Origin: an uncultured bacterium
GTDB lineage: Bacteria > Verrucomicrobiota > Verrucomicrobiia > Limisphaerales > UBA8199
Reading direction: 5' to 3'
NCBI GenBank assembly: GCA_963749495.1
Contig: CAVVMW010000014.1
Location: 597,317 to 661,316 of the forward strand
Length of the DNA: 64,000 bases
This document shows positions 59,842 through 64,000 of the stretch, one piece after another; the stretch's first letter is position 1; each line of letters starts with the position of its first letter. The notes under the pieces are model-generated. The model searched no databases and was not told the DNA's origin. It was given only the letters and a program-made list of their open reading frames with translations. The translations under genes and the position numbers were made by a program.

Positions 59842-62389
59842 ATGAAAAGACAAACCCGTGTCAGCCACCCGACATACAGCCTTCTGCCGACGGAAGTCGA
59901 GGGATTCGACTCCCTGGCCGAGTTGGCCCTGGATATGCGCTGGTCGTGGAATCATTGCGCCGACGAAGTGTGGCGGCTGCTTGATCCTGCACTCTGGGAA
60001 CTCACGCGGAACCCTTGGGTTGTCCTGCAGACGGTCTCGCGGGACCAACTCGAGCGCGTGCTGGCCGATCCCGCCTTCCGTAAGAACGTTGATGACCTGT
60101 TGCGAGCCAAGCATCGCGCGGCGGAGGCGCCCGCGTGGTTCCAGCAGCAGCATCCGCAGGCTCCTTTGAGTCTGCGTCGCGTATTTCAGCATGGAATTCA
60201 TGTTGAGCGAAGCACTCCCGATTTACTCAGGCGGGCTGGGCAATGTGGCCGGTGATCAGCTCAAGGCCGCCAGCGACCTGGGCGTGCCGGTGGTCGGAGT
60301 GGGGCTGCTCTATCAGCAAGGCTATTTTCGCCAGGTGATTGACAAGGACGGAGCGCAACAGGCCCTCTTCCCCTATAACGACCCCGGACAGTTGCCGATC
60401 ACGCCGTTGCGCCACCCCAACGGCGAGTGGTTGCGGTTGGAGATCGCCTTGCCCGGTTACTCGGTCTGGGTGCGCGCCTGGCAGGTCCAGGTCGGTCGAG
60501 TCAAGCTTTACCTGCTGGACAGCAATGACGCGGCAAACTTCCCCGCTCATCGAGGGATTACCAGCGAGTTGTATGGAGGCGGGCCGGAGTTGCGCCTCAA
60601 GCAAGAACTGCTTCTCGGGATCGGGGGTTGGCGACTGCTTCGTGCGCTTGGGATCCAGCCGGAAGTCTGTCATCTGAATGAAGGGCATGCGGCCTTTGCC
60701 GTGTTGGAACGCGCCCTCAGTTTCATGCATGAGACCGCGCAGCCCTTCGAAGTCGCGCTGGCCGTCACGCGAGCCGGGAATCTGTTCACCACTCACACAG
60801 CAGTGGCCGCTGGTTTTGACCGTTTCGCTCCGGCCCTCATCGAGCAATACCTCGGTGGTTATGCCGAAAAGAAACTCGGTATCACGCTCCAGGACCTGCT
60901 GGCCCTGGGCCGCCAGAACCCGAAGGACGGGTCGGAGAGCTTCAACATGGCCTACCTGGCAATCCGGGGCAGCGGAGCGGTCAATGGCGTGAGCCGCCTG
61001 CACGGGAAAGTCAGCCGGCGCCTCTTCGCGCCTCTCTTTCCGCATTGGCCAGCAGACGAAGTGCCCGTTGGGCACGTGACTAACGGGGTGCACATGCCGA
61101 GTTGGGACTCGGCGGCCGCGGACGAGCTCTGGACGGAAGCCTGTGGAAAAGACCGCTGGTTGGGGGGGACGGAAACCCTGGGGAAGGACATTCGCCGAGT
61201 CTCCGACGCCAAGCTCTGGCAATTTCGCACGGCCGCCAGCAAGTCGCTCATTGACTACGCTCGCCAGCGCCTGGCCCGGCACTATGCCGCCGCCGGCGCG
61301 TCGCCCGAGGCGGTTGAGGAGGCGAGGCATCTCTTCGATCCGAACGCGTTGACGCTGGGCTTTGCGCGCCGCTTCGCCACCTACAAACGACCGGACTTGC
61401 TGCTGCACGATCCGGGGCGGCTGCTGCGCTTGTTAACCAATCCCCAGCGCCCGGTGCAACTCTTCATTGCGGGCAAGGCCCATCCCGCGGACGCGGCGGG
61501 ACAGGCCCTCATCCAGAAATGGATACGGTTCATTCGCCAGCCCGCGGTCCGTCCTCATGCCATCTTTCTCAGTGACTACGATATGCATCTGACCGAGCAC
61601 CTGGTGCAGGGGGTGGATGTCTGGCTGAACACGCCCCGGCGGCCCTGGGAGGCGTGCGGAACGAGCGGCATGAAGGTGCTCGTCAATGGGGGCATCAACC
61701 TCTCGGAATTGGACGGCTGGTGGGCTGAGGCCTACACCCCGGAGGTGGGGTGGGTGTTGGGGGATGGTCAGGAGCATGACGCTGATCCGGCCTGGGATGA
61801 GGCCGAAGCCGTCGCCCTTTACGAGCGGCTGGAACGGGAGGTGGTCCCCGAGTTTTATGCCCGTGACGGCCAGGGCATTCCCACAGCCTGGGTGGCACGG
61901 ATGCGGGAGAGCATGGCGCGGTTGACACCGCACTTTTCCGCCAACCGCACAGTCCGCGAATACACCGAGCAACACTACCTCCCGGCTGCGGCCGCCTACC
62001 ATTCGCGGATGGCCAATAAAGGGGTAATCGGCGGGCAAATGGTCGAGTGGCAGCACGGTTTGGAACAGAAATGGGCCAATCTGCGTTTTGGCGAAGTGAA
62101 GGTGGAGACTAAAGGCGAGCAGCACGTCTTTGAGGTTCAAGTGTATTTTGATGACCTTGACCCGAAGGCCGTGCGAGTCGAGCTTTCTGCCGACGGAGCC
62201 AACGGCGATAACCCGGTCCGGCAGGAGATGGAGCGCGTTCGCCAACTGACCGGCTCGCCGGGCGGCTACGTTTACAGCGCGGCTGTGCCTGCGGCCCGTC
62301 CACCAGCGGACTATACCGCGCGAGTGATACCGCGTTGCGACGGGCTTGCGATCCCGCTGGAAAACGCAAGAATCCTGTGGCAGCGATGA
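59842..62389 (+). CDS. glgP: Alpha-glucan (glycogen/maltodextrin) phosphorylase, frameshifted near 60170
   Basis: LALDMRWSWNH; YSGGLGNVAGD, HLNEGH, FARRFATYKR, EACGTSGMK. Confidence 0.9.
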
Positions 62390-62412
62390 CCCAATCAACG
62401 GAAGAAAAGCCG

Positions 62413-63483
62413 ATGAATACAGAAACTCTCTGCCCGGAACTGGAAGTGGAACAACCTCAAATGAATACGCAAGAGCTTATAGACACCGCGAGGACGCTGG
62501 TCGCCGGCGACAAGGGCCTGCTGGCGATGGATGAAAGCCATCCAACCTGCAACAGACGATTCGCCAAGCTGGGGATTCCCCAGACCGAGGAGGCCCGACG
62601 TGCCTATCGTGAATTGATTGTGACCACACCCGGTCTCGGTGATTGCATTAGTGGCGCGATCCTCTTCGATGAGACGATTCGCCAGCACAAGAAAGATGGA
62701 ACCCCCTTCGTTAAAGTCATCACCGATGCGGGAATCATTCCCGGCATTAAAGTCGACGCGGGTGCAAAGGACATGGCAGGTCATCCCGGGGAGAAAATAA
62801 CCGAGGGTCTGGACGGATTGCGCAACCGACTGGCGGCGTACTCTCAAATGGGCGCCCGTTTTGCCAAGTGGCGTGCGGTAATTGCCGTGGGCGATGGCAT
62901 TCCCACCCGGGGTTGCATCGAGGCCAACGCGCAGGCGTTGGCTCGCTATGCCGCGTTGTGTCAGGAAGCCGGACTGGTCCCCGTCGTCGAGCCGGAGGCG
63001 CTCATGGATGGCGAGCATACCCTCGAGCGGTGCTCCGAGGTAACGGAGGAAGTCCTGCGAACGGTTTTCAACCAGCTTTACACACAGCGGGTGATGCTGG
63101 AGGGTATGATCCTGAAGCCCAACATGGTGCTCCCGGGATTGACCTGCCCCAGACAGGCAGCGGTGGACGAGGTGGCCAACGTCACGGTGAGGTGTCTCTT
63201 GCGAGCAGTCCCCGCTGCCGTTCCGGGGATTGCGTTCTTGTCGGGAGGCCAATCCGCTGAACTGGCCTCGGCCCGTTTGAATGCCATGAATGTCAGATTC
63301 AAGTCGCGACTGCCTTGGGCGCTGGCGTTTTCGTTTGCCCGCGCCATCCAGCAACCCGCTTTGGAAATTTGGCGGGGCGAGGAGGCCCACGTGTCGGCGG
63401 CGCAGCAAGCTCTGTCTCATCGAGCCAGGTGCAACCGGGCCGCGCGCCGTGGCGAATACAATGCCGCGATGGAAAAGGCATGA
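62413..63483 (+). CDS. Class I fructose-bisphosphate aldolase
   Basis: KGLLAMDES, PGIKVD, FAKWR, VEPE, LKPNM, FLSGGQ, FSFARAIQ. Confidence 0.92.
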   Translation: MNTETLCPELEVEQPQMNTQELIDTARTLVAGDKGLLAMDESHPTCNRRFAKLGIPQTEEARRAYRELIVTTPGLGDCISGAILFDETIRQHKKDGTPFVKVITDAGIIPGIKVDAGAKDMAGHPGEKITEGLDGLRNRLAAYSQMGARFAKWRAVIAVGDGIPTRGCIEANAQALARYAALCQEAGLVPVVEPEALMDGEHTLERCSEVTEEVLRTVFNQLYTQRVMLEGMILKPNMVLPGLTCPRQAAVDEVANVTVRCLLRAVPAAVPGIAFLSGGQSAELASARLNAMNVRFKSRLPWALAFSFARAIQQPALEIWRGEEAHVSAAQQALSHRARCNRAARRGEYNAAMEKA

Positions 63484-63557
63484 GCGTGACAACGAGCATC
63501 CCGGAGATATTCTTATTGGAGTTCTGCAAATCAAAAACCGAAAGAGAGAGCGAAACC

Positions 63558-64000
63558 ATGAAAACGAAAAGCATCGGATATCCAGCAGCACTCATCACTG
63601 CCATCACCCTCGCCGCCAACGCGGGCCTCGTGCCCAGCGCGTCCGACGTGGTGAAGCTGACCCAGTCCGGCATCTCGGAGGACGTGGCCACGCGTACGTG
63701 AAGAACGTTTCGACCCCATTCCATCTGTCGGCCGACAACATCCTCGCCCTTAAGGCGCAGGGAGTCTCATCTCAAGTCATCGCGGCGATGCTGAACCACG
63801 ACGCGCAGATGCGAGACCGGGCCCAGGCACACACGCCGCCCCCGCCGGCCCAGCCAACCACGCCGCCCCCGCCGGTCCAGTCAACCACGCCGCCCCCGCC
63901 GGTCCAGTCAACCACGCCGCCCCCGCCGGTCCAGTCAACCCCGATCTATGATCAGCCCCCGGCGACAACCTACTACCCACAGGAGGCAATCCCGGTAAGC
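63558..64000 (+). CDS. Exported Pro-rich-linker protein (partial; frameshift near 63690)
   Basis: Signal peptide, DVVKLTQSGISEDV, then YVKN..LSADNILALKAQGVSSQVIAAML in a shifted frame. Confidence 0.6.
63832..63939 (+). repeat. Four 27-bp tandem units encoding TPPPP(A/V)Q(P/S)T
   Basis: CACGCCGCCCCCGCCGGTCCAGTCAAC x3 plus one variant unit. Confidence 0.95.

Noticed and set aside
63832..63939. 27-bp repeats as a CRISPR array
   Set aside because: Head-to-tail units with no spacers, in frame within a Pro-rich coding linker; no cas genes

Overview
GC-rich accessory region, probably from a Verrucomicrobiota (Pedosphaerales/Limisphaerales-like) or other PVC bacterium; this is inferred from prepilin-type pseudopilins, a PEP-CTERM protein and C-terminal 'W..FYR' sorting domains. 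Five blocks. (1) 1-9.9 kb: three parallel cassettes, each with a metal-sensor regulator, a matching operator palindrome, a surface-sorted protein and a prepilin-type protein (NikR, ArsR, and ModE with a TupA-like binder). (2) 10-17.5 kb: a secreted propeller protein, an MFS/spermidine-synthase fusion, TrmO, and a Cys-PAS sigma54 activator with an MBL hydrolase, sigma54 promoter and enhancer sites. (3) 17.8-37.7 kb: a mostly periplasmic cluster with a hydrazine-synthase-alpha-like diheme protein, a decaheme c554x2-YVTN-CCP fusion resembling HzsB+HzsC, four FG-GAP/ASPIC proteins, two orphan type-I binding proteins, a Rid protein, a nitrilase/amidase and a DUF3365 heme protein. (4) 39-45.9 kb: a fluoride-stress operon with two fluoride riboswitches. 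(5) 45.9-58 kb: an ArsR-controlled arsenic/thiol-redox island (GcvH-like, four DGC proteins, OsmC-like, thioredoxins, a Trx-NosL-MerB-like fusion, ArsM hit by an ISL3, CcdA, ArsC/Acr3 deletion), followed by an ECF sigma factor, glycogen phosphorylase and aldolase. About eight single frameshifts and many gene fragments indicate read errors and/or decay. All family calls come from motif recognition by eye; no database searches were run.
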